64,000 nt of DNA from Octopus vulgaris (taxonomy: Eukaryota): NCBI GenBank assembly GCA_951406725.2, contig OX597819.1:66464001-66528000 (forward strand). Reading direction: 5' to 3'. Made by a program: the position numbers and the translations under genes. Below the pieces are notes generated by a model. It saw only the letters and a list, made by a program, of their open reading frames with translations, had not been told where the DNA came from and ran no database searches. Positions 37,246 through 50,430 of this stretch are shown here, in pieces. How positions within the stretch are numbered: the first letter of the stretch is position 1; the number at the start of each line of letters is the position of its first letter.

Positions 37246-37700
37246 GTGCTAATTCGTGTTCTTAATCGCTGTCGGATTCACTGTTTTCACTTTAATAGCT
37301 GCCAACTTGCAAAGACAAAGGAGGAGAAGGGTGATAGCGTCAGTGAAACAATTCGCTCCCTTTGTGTGTGTGTGCGTTTGCGTGTGATATAAACCACATT
37401 AAGAAAAACATTTGACACACACCAGAATGTGAGTTTTCTGTAAATTTTGCTTAATTGGAGTTTAAATTTTAAAAACTGGACCTGGCATAACGCGATGCAT
37501 TGTACTCTTAAAAATGCTAGGTAAATTGTAATTGAAGAAATCCTATATTGTAGATTTGTATAACTCCCAAAGGGAGGCAGATAAAATCTGCCTTTTATAA
37601 TAAGAGATATATATAGATATATATATATATATATACACATGTATATATATATATACATATATATATATAAACACAAACACACACACATGTTTATATATAT

Positions 37701-38118
37701 TTTTCCAAAAATTTTGGGGAAAATTAAAAAAAAATTTTTCAAAGGTTTTTGACGAAAATTAAAAAAAAAATTTGGGGAAAATTTTCAGAAAATTTTTCAA
37801 AATTTTTGGGGAAAATTTTCAAAACATTTATCAAAAATTTTTTGGGGAAATTTTCAGTTTAATTTTGAATAATATTTTCAGAAAATTTTTCAAAAATTTT
37901 GGGGGAAAATTTTCAGAAAATGTTTAAAAATTTTTGGGGAAAATTTTCAGAAAATTTGTTGAAAATTTTTGGGGAAAATTTTCAGAATATTTTTCAAAAT
38001 AATTTGAGGAATATTTTCAAAAAATTTTGGGGAAAATTTTCAGAAAATTTTTCAAAAATTTTTAGGTAAGATTTTCTGAAAATTTTTGGGGAAAATTACC
38101 AAAGATTTTTTCAAAAAA
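37701..38118. repeat. Degenerate ~32-bp A/T-tract minisatellite (AAAATTTTTGGGGAAAATTTTCAG...)
   Basis: Recurring TTTTGGGGAAAATTTTC units. Confidence 0.85.
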
Positions 38119-38123
38119 AGATT

Positions 38124-38453
38124 GCCGAAGAGGATGGCTGCTGGAAGAACGAATGTCTAGCAATAGGACTCTGTAGTATGCCACACAACCAGTAGAACTC
38201 AGTCATGGCTGTCAGATAATTTCTGTGGCCTAACATTTCACTCCTAACATCTGGTCACCTAATTCCCCATATTGCAACCCGCTCCATTCTTTTGTGGGAG
38301 TGCAGCTGAGAGACCAACAAAACTGCTTGTAACACCAAAGATTAACTAAAGGCAAGGATTATGGCAGCATTCACCAACTTAAACAAGAAGACCACCCAGA
38401 AAAGTCGCAGGAGATTCCGAAGTTATTGAAGCCAATGGCGAGTTTATTGAATA
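38124..38453 (+). pseudogene. Tc1/mariner (maT/DD37D-like) transposase C-terminal remnant
   Basis: KRMAAGRTNV*Q*DSVVCHTTSRTQSWLSDNF..PNIWSPNSPYCNPL..TNKTACNTKD*LKARI..VIEANGEFIE*. Confidence 0.85.
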
Positions 38454-40107
38454 AAATTACTGCTTATTGTTTCTGGTATTGAATTAATATTACTAAGAAT
38501 TATTACCGGTTCTTTTGGCACATTGGAAACAAAATTCTGGTGGTACGACACATCAGGCAGTTTGAGAAGCACTGACTTAGACAATAATTTATTCATCGCA
38601 GACTGTATATACAGATATTACATATCCATATGTATTTTTTGTGTGTGTTTGTGAGCATAAATCTATGCATACATTTATACGAATACATCTACATACACAA
38701 GCGCACACACATGCACATATATACACACTCACAATTTATATTGTAATCCGAGTAGAATTTTTTATATTTCCCACCTGTTAATCTCGAAGAAAATGCATGT
38801 TATATCTTTTGAATTCAACCCAAAATATGAAAATATGCTTTGTCGTTCATATTGAAGCTCTTTGAATTCTGATTGGACAATTTACAATAACAAGTCTAGA
38901 GCTTGTTGGAGAGTATTTGGAACATATAAGATTTAAAACCAAATGTCTGCCTGGATGAATCTAGATTCTATCATGGGAAAATAAAAAGAAAAAAATAACA
39001 CACTAAATTATATTCAAGTTATCGTTCAAATAAAATATGTAATACGCTAGACAAATAAGATATGTAAAAGTCAATTATTCTATTAAATCACTAACTGAAC
39101 GGCACAGTTAAAGATCACAAAGATTTCTGTTCTTGTAAAATGTCAGAATAACATGTTTATGATCATAGAGTTCAATAAGGTGAAAGGTTCCACAGACATT
39201 ACGGAATTCATTCTGTATCAAACACATCGATCCATCTCACAGCACAAACATTCCGCGCACATAAATATTTACAAATTGCAAATGCTAATATTAATACATT
39301 GGAGATTTGTTCAATAACTAACTAAACCAGTGAACAGTGATATCCCCACAAACATATTTGCGTCAGCGTATATTTTTCGTGGAAACAGCAGCAGCAACTA
39401 ATGCATACCTTATTGGCATCAGTTACTGGTTAACTGATGTAAGATTACATTGCTGTTAATCATAAATTAGATAAACATCTTCATACGGAACATCAAATAA
39501 GTTAATATTTATATAAACAATCATGCAACGTGTCACGATTTAGCTAATAACTTAGATGTTCTATATTAAAATGTGAGTAACACATTCATAAGTATTTTTT
39601 GTTTGCTTTTCTATGTGATGTGTATACAGCGGAGACTAGCCTATGTAATAAAACAAGTAGAGAACAAAAAAAACCACATGAATTAAATGATGCTGTTATA
39701 TAACTAGAAGAGAAAAAATATCTCATTCAATGGATTTTTTTAAAGCTAAAATCAAAAAGAAATGGAGTCAACTATAACAATATCAACAAAAGCCATTTTA
39801 GAAATGAAATACAATGTAAATTAAAGGTGGGATTTGTATCTAAAACATGCTCGTCTTTAGACTTTAAAATTGTTCAGAGGGAGGATTTGTCTTCTGGTTG
39901 CAACAATAAAAGCAGTTAATATAAAATGTGCAAGTTTTTAAATTATATTTGAAAGTTGTTACAGTGTGTGCATGCAGATTGCACCACGAAACGCTATGTT
40001 GTATTTTTTCCAGTACATTCAGTGCATGTGTGTATGTGTAGGTATCTGTTATTTTGTGTTCACATTGCCGTAAGTTGCAACGAAATGATAGATACTGGAT
40101 AATTTAC

Positions 40108-40365
40108 TCTTTTACTCGTTTCCGCCATTTGACTGTGGCCATGCTGGAGCTCCACCTTTTAGTCGAGCAAATCGACCGCAGGACTTATTCTATCGGTCTC
40201 ATATGCCGAACTGCTAAGTTACCGGGACGTAAACACATCAGCAGCGGTTGTCAAGCGATGTTGGCGGGACAAACACGGACACATAAACACACACACACAC
40301 ACATATATATACATACATACGACGGGCTTCTTTCAGTTTCCGTCTACCAAATCCAATCACAAGGC
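40108..40365 (-). mobile_element. SINE family C
   Basis: TTTGACTGTGGCCATGCTGGAGC...GACGGGCTTCTTTCAGTTTCCGTCTACCAAATCC; opposite-strand homologue of 48617-48925. Confidence 0.8.
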
Positions 40366-40849
40366 TAGAATATAGAACTAGACTGGATAATGTTCTTAAG
40401 TACAGTGGAAATAACATAAATTTAATCAGGTTGTAGTAATCGCTACACACCTTTTCCCGTTTCTCTTCTGGTGATTATATGTTAATATGTATGTGTACGC
40501 GGGCGCGTGTGTGCGCGCGCAGATGAAGCATATATATATATCAGTTGATGCATTCCAAACTAACTATCACAAAAATTATGTATTTTTTATAATTCTGTAT
40601 TTTTCAGTTGTATCGAGAATCAGTCATGTCAGTGAGTTCTGATACAAAATAACATGAAAGCTCAAGTGTAAATACAAAGAGAGAGAGGGGGGGAGGGGGA
40701 GAGGGGGGAGAGAGAGAAATGTATTGTGAAAATCTGACCGTCAGAATATTTAATTAATTTTCATATATTTACTATTTTACTCTTTTACTTGTTTCAGTTA
40801 TTTAACTGTGGTCATGCTGGAGCACCACCTTTGAGCAAATCGACCCAGG

Positions 40850-41138
40850 GAAGAAGAAGAAAAAGAAGAAGAAGAAGAAAAAGAAGAAGAAGAAGAAGAA
40901 GAAGAAGAAGAAGAACAAGAACAAGAAGAAAAAGAAGGAGAATAAGAAAAAGAAGGAGAAGAAGAAGAAGAAGAAGAAGAAGAAGAAGAAAAAGAAGAAG
41001 AAGAAGAAAAAGAAGAAGGAGAAGAACACAAAGAAGAAGACGAGAAAGAAGAAGAAGAAGAAGAAGAAGAAGAAGAAGAAGAAGAAGAAGAAGAAGAAGA
41101 AGAAGAAGAAGAAGAAGAAGAAGAAGAAGAAGAAGAAG
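40850..41138. repeat. (GAA)n microsatellite
   Basis: Direct reading of the sequence. Confidence 0.95.
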
Positions 41139-41658
41139 AGCAAACAAAACAACCAATAATAATAACAATCGAAAACGCAGCATGCATGTGAAAGTGTACC
41201 AAAGCGTTGTTTACGGAAGGCGAAATATTTGCCGTAGCTAAGGTGATTTTTATGGGAAATCCATGCAAGAATCAGCTTGAAGTTTCAAATAATTTCCACC
41301 GAGACTTGATAGCATGTAATATATAGGAGATACGCGCTAACCCAATAAGCATGAGATGGAGCCAAACTTACTTTTAGTGCCAAACTTACTTTGGGTCATG
41401 AAATCAGATAAGACAATTTTATGACTCATCGTTCTGGACAACGTTAAACTGGTGTGAAGAGAATGAAAATTAAATGCGTTTAACCTCTAAATGTAGGTTC
41501 AAATGATCTCTGTTTCACGCTTAGCATTTTTTTCTTTATTTTTCTTTCATACATTTATTTAATTTTTCTGGTTCTGCATTACGTATGTTGATACAGGTTG
41601 TGTCTCGATTGTCACGTGTGTGCGTACACAGACACAGACACACTGACGCACGCACACA

Positions 41659-42072
41659 TCTTTATTGCCCACAAGTGGCTAATCATAGAAGGGACAAAAC
41701 AAGAACATACAAAGGGACTAAGCCGATTACATCGACCCTAGTGCATCACTGGTACTAATTTAATCTACCCCGAAAGGAATAAAGACAAAGTGGACCTCGG
41801 CGGAATTTAAACTCAGAATGTAGCGGCTGACGAAATACCTATTTCTTTACTATCCACAAGGGGCTAAACATAGAGAGGACAAACAAGGACAGACATACGG
41901 ATTAAGTCGATTATATCGACCCCAGTGCGTAACTGGTACTTAATTTATCGACCTCAAAAGGATTAAAGGCAAAGTCGACCTCGGCGAAAGTTGAACTCAG
42001 AACGTAACGGCAGATGAAATACCGTTAAGTATTTCGCCTGGCGTGCTAACGATTCTGCCAGCTCGTCGCCTT
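41659..42072 (-). mobile_element. SINE family A (partial dimer)
   Basis: Two body blocks; head ends ...TGCTAACGATTCTGCCAGCTCGTCGCC. Confidence 0.9.
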
Positions 42073-42540
42073 TTGTTGGTTATTCTTATTGCTGACTGAT
42101 AGTGGCGAATAAAGTTGCGAGCATCGTTCAGCAAATCTTAATAGGAATCGAAACCTCTAGGAGGCATTTTTTCGATACACTGAGCAGAAAATGCTCTTTT
42201 GCCATCACCGATAATTTTTAATCACAATAACTGCAATACAGTTTGCTTAAAAAGATAAAACACGACGCAGACATATTTCGACTAAACTATAAAATTTGCT
42301 TAAAATTTGACAGAATCCGCTGAATTTGAGATGCATGCCAATTCACTATAGTGGAATGGTATTATGCCAAACTTACACTGGATTATCAAATTAGATGCGT
42401 ATGACATTTATCGGCCAGAATTCTGAACACATATGAGATGTAAAGCGAAATGGAGTTACGCACACATACGCATAAACACCCACGCACAAGCACACAGACA
42501 CACACAAACACAAACACAGTCACACACATATATTCTTCTG

Positions 42541-43085
<545 letters not shown>

Positions 43086-43166
43086 TCGACTGCACATTCA
43101 AGGTCCATAAAAGAACACACTAGCTCAGTTCTCTATGTATATTTATATAAGTTTATACTAATTTGC

Positions 43167-43410
43167 GGAGACGCGTGGCTTAGTGGTTAGGGTGTCAGTA
43201 TCGAGATCCTTAGATTGTGGTTTCGAATCCTGGACCGGGCGACACGTTGTGTTCTTGAGCAAAACACTTCATTTCCCGTTGCTCCACTCAGCTAGCAAAA
43301 ATGAGTAACATTGCGATGGACTGGCGTCCTATGCAGCTGGGGAACATATACGCCATTGAAACCGGGAAACCGGGCCCATGAGCCTGGCTAGGCTTTAAAA
43401 AGAGCGCATT
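43167..43410 (+). mobile_element. tRNA-derived SINE with a V-domain-like tail
   Basis: A-box TGGCTTAGTGG, B-box GGTTTCGAATCC, and GCGATGGACTGGCGTCCT in the tail. Confidence 0.8.
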
Positions 43411-43762
43411 TATGTTTTTATATATTAATTTAAACATACATATATTTTGATTTAAGCATGATAAAGAAGAGATAACTTGTTTTTTTACATTCAGCATGCG
43501 TAGAGAACTGGACAGAGAACAAGAGTTAAGATTTTGGCAAGACGATAGTGTGACAGTTATCGATCTACTGAAGCTCAATACAATTAGTCCGTCTGTAAAA
43601 ATAAAACAGAGAAAAAATATGCAAATCATGATTCCCATTTATCCCTTGCAGTAAAATACTTAGTATTCGGTTGTAGTTATTTAGAGGAGAGATACTATCT
43701 ATCAAGCTACCAACATAATATGTACGAATTAATCAATACACCTGTCTGCGTACCAAACTGTA

Positions 43763-43856
<94 letters not shown>

Positions 43857-43940
43857 CCTGTCTGTCTGTTTATCTATCTAGCTATCTATCTAAATCTCTC
43901 CCTCAATCTCTCTATGCACACACACGCATGCACAAGCATG

Positions 43941-43997
<57 letters not shown>

Positions 43998-44130
43998 AAA
44001 TCAACTCCAGGAGATATTCTTTGTAAGCCTAGTACTTATTCTATTAACCGGTAAGTTACAGGGACATATACACACACCAGCATCTGTTTTCAAGCGACGA
44101 TGGGAGGACAAACACAGGCACACAAACATA

Positions 44131-44214
<84 letters not shown>

Positions 44215-44220
44215 TATAAA

Positions 44221-44836
44221 TCTATGATATAAAATCCGTTCTGTCTGTCTGTGTGTGCGTATTCTATGATCTCGGGCATCCTCCATACGATTGCGGTCAA
44301 ATTTGGTATCAGAGGGTGCATAAGTCTTGAAAAAATTACAAAAATCGATTCCAGGTGAGAACGTGATCGATAAAGCCGTGGGAACGTGCATTTGGACGAG
44401 GGACTCTTAAATTCATCATGCTTTTCCATCTAGATATACCTGTAGCTAACCCATTTGCATGCATCGTTTTTGTCCTGCTTCCGTCAACCTGTACATAACT
44501 GCACCTTCCATTTTTTGCTCTCTTTGTACTGCTTAGAGGCACGTTTCTTTCCTGCCAAACTTACCGTTTAAACCATATTTTTGTTATCCCAGTCAACAGC
44601 CTTATTATTGGTAATTTAAACTTTTCGATTGCATATTTGTGTGATTTAAATTATTTTTCTTTGGAATAGAAAAAAGTCTATTTCTATTTCTTCTTTTCCT
44701 GGTGTCTCAAATTTAGGTTAAATCAGTGTTTCTCAAAGGGGAGGCCTATGGGACAGTCGGACAAGTTGTTTTGAGAAAATTTGGTTTAAATGTTTGACAA
44801 CTCAGCACCGTCTATTGGACGGAGGGTGTTTTGCTC

Positions 44837-44837
<1 letters not shown>
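44221..44837 (+). mobile_element. Helitron-like element nested in the internal (TA)n of a family C SINE
   Basis: Starts A|TCTATGATATAAAA and ends with hairpin CCGTCTATTGGACGG + CTCG|T. SINE halves lie at about 43997-44130 and 44870-44918. Confidence 0.65.
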
Positions 44838-44870
<33 letters not shown>

Positions 44871-45189
44871 GACGGGATTCTTTCAGTTTTTGTCAACGAA
44901 ATCAACTCACAAGGCTTTCATGAATACATATGTATACACAAACACACAGTTGTATATATATACGTAATTTATATATGTGTGTGTATGTGTATGCGTGCGT
45001 GTGTGTTTTTGTATGTCGTGCGCTAGCTTCCGTGCAACGTCGATTACTAGACCTCTCCGAAGAGTTGATACTGCCTGATCGAGTGGTTCACAGCACTTGG
45101 AGACTCTCTTATTTGTGTAACCCTAGATCCTTCACTTTCAGGGACGCTCACCTAATGAGCCTGCCAACACCTACAACTAAAGTTAAGCC

Positions 45190-45778
45190 CTATTGCACTA
45201 TGTTTATCCGCTGGACGCCTACGGTTTTCCCTTAACGTGACCAGTACATACTTACCAATATTGTTTCAAAATGTGTGATGGATACGCTTAAAAGTGTATT
45301 GTCAACCCCGTGAATCAACGCATTTCTATACACAAGCTCTCCTTATTCAAATCTGGAAACAAGCCCCCCTATCTCACAAGCTTAATATGGGTTTGGTCAG
45401 TTATCATTTGGATTCGTCGGTGGTGGAACACATGGTACCTTAACGGAGGAGTAGGTGGCAGTGTTGATTAGGAATCAGGGAAGTGGTAGAAAAGGTTTTA
45501 TGAAACACTAAGCGCAACATTAATAAACATAGCGAGATAAGGGTCAACGTCACCCATCGAAGGGATAATATTTTACGATATTACCTGCAGAGAAAGTACC
45601 TGAACCAATTTGAAGTGCGGAAGGGAACCAATGATCTCACCTCAAGCTCGGATTTCAGTCAAATATATGTCAAGATTATCGGACTATTGATATGATCTCT
45701 TGGCATTCTCTACTTTAATACCCCTGTAATTATACTGTACTGGAGTACACCGTCTGCTCCCATCTTGAGGGAGGGGAT
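45190..45778 (+). pseudogene. Possible decayed gypsy-type integrase with PPT
   Basis: W..IHLDFVG-like remnant near 45395-45420 (requires frameshifts) and purine tract TCTTGAGGGAGGGGA at about 45764-45778. Confidence 0.35.
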
Positions 45779-46372
45779 ATATATACCTTTTCCCTTGAAT
45801 GCGTTTAGGTCGATAGGAGTCCCATGGGGTACCGAACTTTCTGTGTACGTGTGCGCGTGTGGTAATAACTCGGGAGGGTGCTTTATCATTTCATATTTTG
45901 CACGCACACACGCACACACACACACGCATATATGTTGTATGTATGCTGTACGCTTGTACGTATCTGTGTGTATGTGTCTTTGTGTGTGCTTTTGTGTGTA
46001 TTTAGTTCAAACAGTTCAAGTAATAGACATTGTAAATGAAGTTGAGACGGTAAAGTGACAAACATGCCTCAGGGAAAATAAGAAATAAAATAAAATAAAA
46101 TGAAATATAAATCATGTTTCTGAATTTGTTTGGTTGTTTGTTTGTTTGTTATACTTTCAATAAAATGAATTCTAGTGCAGCTGTAACAGACTAAAAATAA
46201 TCCAGTATAAAATAATATTCGTCTCGGCATATAATAAATGTCTGCTGTTTTTATAAGTTTTCTATACTTTATTTAATATATGACAGTATATTGGGTCTCA
46301 GCTATAAAAATGGAAGCGATCTACAAAGAAGTAGATTCAAAACGAGGCTCATTTATTAATAGAGTAGAATTT

Positions 46373-46805
46373 AAGGCTGCGAGCTGGAAGAATCGTTAGC
46401 TCGTTTAGAGGTGTTTCATCCGTCTTTACGTTCTGAGTTCTAATTCTGACGAGGTAGACTTTGCGTTTCATGCTTTCGAGGTCGATAAATTAAGTACCAG
46501 TGAAACAGTGGAGGCGATGTCATCGACTAGTCCCCTGCCCACAAATTTCAAGCCTTGTGCTTTTAGTAGAAAGGATTATTTGTGTGGAATCAAATGACCG
46601 AACTGGCAGAATCGTTAGCACGTCCAGCGAAGTGCTTTGCAGCAAATGCTGCAAATTTACGCTCTGAGTTCAAATTCCGCCGAGATCGACGACGCCTTTT
46701 ATCGATTTTGGAGTCGATTAAATAAGTACCAGATACGCACTGGAGTAGATGTAATCCATTTAATGCCACCCCTAAGTTGCCCTTGTGGCAACAATTTGAA
46801 ATCAT
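46373..46805 (+). mobile_element. Two adjacent SINE family A copies (46373-46580 and 46598-46805)
   Basis: Each has a CTGG.AGAATCGTTAGC head and CTGAGTTC.AATTC. Confidence 0.85.
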
Positions 46806-47035
46806 TTTAGGGTGTAATTTACAAGCACAAATTTTCCTTTCTCATTCTCCTGGCAGCTTAAAACCCTCTCGCAATGCTTTAACCTATCCTCCGTTTCTAT
46901 CAGTACTGTTTCAATCTCATTCTGAAATTTAATTATGCTTACTGTTAGTTTTTCGACATCAGTGGCAGACGCCATTAGAAAAACTTATATATATTTGCAA
47001 AGGAGCCTTCACTTTCATCGCTACCTGGTGGTTAC

Positions 47036-47078
47036 CGCCCGTTGACGAGGGACAACAATCCCGAAACTAGTTCGAGCG
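47036..47078 (+). ncRNA. Minimal hammerhead motif (C3U variant)
   Basis: CGCCCG-TTGACGA-GGGA-CAACAA-TCCC-GAAA-CTAG-TT-CGAGCG. Confidence 0.7.
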
Positions 47079-47423
47079 TATCACTCAGGCTTGCGAGGAA
47101 GGGATGGCCTCCCTTTGCAAATACTCCAAGGACACAGATATTGTGTCTAAAGCCAGCTAGAGACGAATATCTCTTAGGGCTATAAAGCTACAGTAACACC
47201 CCCTCCCCAATGTGGTTAGCCATGATAAGATGGCTTCTATACTCTACATACTTCTGTTTGGTTTTCTCTTTATCATTCAATGTCTTTCTATTCATGCTTG
47301 TAAATGTCTTTTTCTATATTTCGAAATGCGAAATGTAAACAGTAAGAAAAATTCAGAATGAGATGTAAGCTAAACTAATTAAGTGACTTGTTGTTCAGTG
47401 TATGTATTGTACTTACACCTATA

Positions 47424-47473
<50 letters not shown>

Positions 47474-47476
<3 letters not shown>

Positions 47477-47618
47477 TTATATTATTATATGACTGAACGC
47501 CACGCAAGTTTTATGTATGTATGTATGTACGTATGTATGTATGTATGTATCTATCTATCTATCTGTCTGTCTGTCTGTCTGTCCATCTATCGATTTATCT
47601 ATCAATCTATCTATCTAG

Positions 47619-47653
<35 letters not shown>

Positions 47654-47846
47654 ATATATATATATATATATGTGTGTGTGTATGTATGTATAGGTGGGAA
47701 AACGTGGGGATGGGAATTGGTCAGTACTGCTGTGTGGGTGGTGTGTTGCGATGTGATGTGTAATGTTATATGGTGTAGTGTGGTGTAGTGTGATGTTGTT
47801 GGGAGGTATATATATATATGTGTGTGTATATATATATATATATATG

Positions 47847-47912
<66 letters not shown>

Positions 47913-48026
47913 GTGTGTATATATATATATAGGAATATATATATATATATATGTACATATATATATATATAATTTATATTATTATATGACTGAACGCCAC
48001 GCATACTCTTCCAGGCAAGTTTTATG

Positions 48027-48035
<9 letters not shown>
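47474..48035. repeat. Local direct duplication of AATTTATATTATTATATGACTGAACGCCACGCA..AAGTTTTATGTATG (47474 and 47971)
   Basis: Two copies about 497 bp apart among microsatellites. Confidence 0.8.
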
Positions 48036-48057
<22 letters not shown>

Positions 48058-48059
48058 CA

Positions 48060-48145
<86 letters not shown>

Positions 48146-48616
48146 TGGCGGCCAAATTGTTCAGAACGGCATTGTTTTCGTCATAAAAGTAGATATAATT
48201 TTTTATCAAAGTTGTTTTATATTCTATAATTTTCACAGACAATAAATACGATATTATTTGTCATTGCCTGAGATTTTGGTGTAATTTGAGAGGATAATAC
48301 AAAAGCTATGGATGATCTCTCTTGAAATCACTGTCCATATTCCTGGCATGAGTACAGAGTAGTCCGTAGTATCCGTGGGCATTGGATAGACCATCTTCAT
48401 TGAATCCTTTCTTTAGATCATATAATATCAAAGGATGTTAACCAGAGAGATGCTTATCCCTTTTGCCCAGCGCGAAACTGGCTGAGTTTTGTGGATATTT
48501 ACCCGCATAACACAACCAAACTTAACAGGTTTAAAAAATTAGTACTGGCTTCGATTAACTCGACTAGATATTCTTAAGGCCGGATCCCCAGCATGGCCAC
48601 ACTCTAAGACAATATG

Positions 48617-48925
48617 TGGCTGTGTGGTTGAAGCTTGCGGCTCAGCCACATAGTTCCCGGTTCAGTCACACTGTGTAGCACGTTGGGCTAGTGTATTCTG
48701 CTCTAGCCTCGGGTCTATATGCATATATAATATGCTTTTGTGCCTGTGTTTGTCTCCCCACCATCGATAACCGATACTGGAGTTTTACGTCGCCAAAACA
48801 TAGCGGTTCGGCCAAAGAGACCGATATAATAAGTACTAGGTTTACAAAGAATAAAACTTGGGGACGATTTGTTCGACTAAAGGTGGTGCTCCAGTGTGGC
48901 AGCAGGCAAATTACTGAAACATTTA
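48617..48925 (+). mobile_element. SINE family C with tRNA-like head
   Basis: TGGCTGTGTGG A-box and GGTTCAGTC B-box-like; body is the reverse complement of the 40108 family. Confidence 0.75.
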
Positions 48926-48949
48926 AAACAGTAAAATAGTAACTATATG

Positions 48950-49018
<69 letters not shown>

Positions 49019-49032
49019 TGATCGATCGAACG

Positions 49033-49393
49033 TAGTACTCCGTCGTTTGCGACCACGGGAGTTCCAGTTCGTCCGACCAACGGAACATCCTGCAAGTGGC
49101 TGAGCACTCCCCATACTCGTGAACTCTTAATGTAGTTCTCAGAGAGATTCAGTATGACACAGGTTGTGACAAGGCTCGCCCTTTGAAATGAAGGTACAAC
49201 AGAAACAGGAAGAGAGACTGAGAGAAAGTTGTGGTGAAAGAATACAACAGGGCTCAGCCCACCCCTGCCGGAGTCTCGTGGAGATTTAGCTGTTTTTTCC
49301 TCAGTACACATTCACAACACTCGGTCTGGGAATCGCAACCGTAATCCTACGACCTCGAGTCAGCTGCCCTAACCACTGGGCCATTGCACCTCC
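49033..49393 (-). mobile_element. SINE family B
   Basis: Reverse complement of the 26150-26509 layout. Confidence 0.85.
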
Positions 49394-49945
49394 GTAATAA
49401 ATAGATAGATAGATTGATAGATAGATAAATAGATAGATAGATAGATACATACATACATTCATACATACATACATACATACATACATACGTACATACATAC
49501 ATACATACATACATACAGACAGACAGACAGACATAGACATCTACACATACACAAACACGTGCAGGCATGTATCTCTGTATTAATGTATCTATGTAATTCT
49601 TGTCTACGAAAATGTGTTTTAAGTGTATTTTAAAATGTGTCGATATGCATTGTATTAACAATTGCTTCTGTGTTGGAAAGTGAAAGTAAATATATATTGT
49701 TAGTAGTTTCATGTCAAATCACATGTGCGTTTCTTTCTTTTTCCTACTGTATGCATTTGTATGTATTATGGAAGATTAAGTTTATTAAGTACAAATATAC
49801 ATATAAATATAAATCTGCCGACAGAGAGGTCGGTTAGTGTTAAGGTACGTTAAGCAGATTATGTATTTCAAATTTTAATTCGCTTCAGTATTAACTGTTT
49901 TACAACCAAGTAAAATCACAAACACACACACACGTGTGTGTATCT

Positions 49946-49991
<46 letters not shown>

Positions 49992-50004
49992 GAACACACA
50001 TACA

Positions 50005-50039
<35 letters not shown>

Positions 50040-50095
50040 CATACATACATACATACATACATACATACGTACATACATAGATATATATGCATATA

Positions 50096-50430
50096 TGTGT
50101 ACAGGACGTCACCAACAGTAAACAACATGAAATGCGAAAACAAATGAGTTCAATACGCAAACAACAAGAGAAACGAATGGAAACAGAAGAAATGACATAA
50201 AGAACGAGTCCTTCATCAGTTGTCGCCTGTCTGTCTATTACACATTTCGAGCTTTGTACGATAATATGTGTCTTCGAAGACATTTGCTCCCATAAGTACC
50301 ATATTAATAATTTGGGATTTATGGAGAGTAAAAGTTGGTAACAAAAATAGGACAATGGAGACATACAAGGAAACCGAACGATGACAGACATGGAGGGTCG
50401 TTAGACCAGAACGATGGTAAAATAGAGGTG
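50096..50430 (-). mobile_element. Repeat family D (probable PLE 3' end); other copies at 55996-56433 and 57240-57377
   Basis: Shared AACAGTAAACAACATGA.ATGCGAAAACAAATG.GTTCAATACG; all copies end in TA-rich tracts. Confidence 0.65.

Larger units (their letters stand above)
36061..37607 (-). mobile_element. Helitron-like element (5' end at 37607) carrying a piggyBac fragment and a tandem array
   Basis: Minus strand begins A|TCTCTTATTATAAAAGGCAGATTTTATCTGCCT. Its own 3' CTRR end was not seen, so the left boundary is uncertain. Confidence 0.55.

Noticed and set aside
35217-38574. Single 3.3-kb hAT transposon bounded by CAGTGCTTCTCAAACT TIRs
   Set aside because: The inverted similarity extends well outside the putative TIRs and there is no 8-bp direct TSD, so an inverted duplication fits better.
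40789-41268. Arg-rich protamine-like and poly-Ser/Phe/Leu ORFs
   Set aside because: They come from a (GAA)n tract; the same applies to 16483-16900 and 18201-18868.
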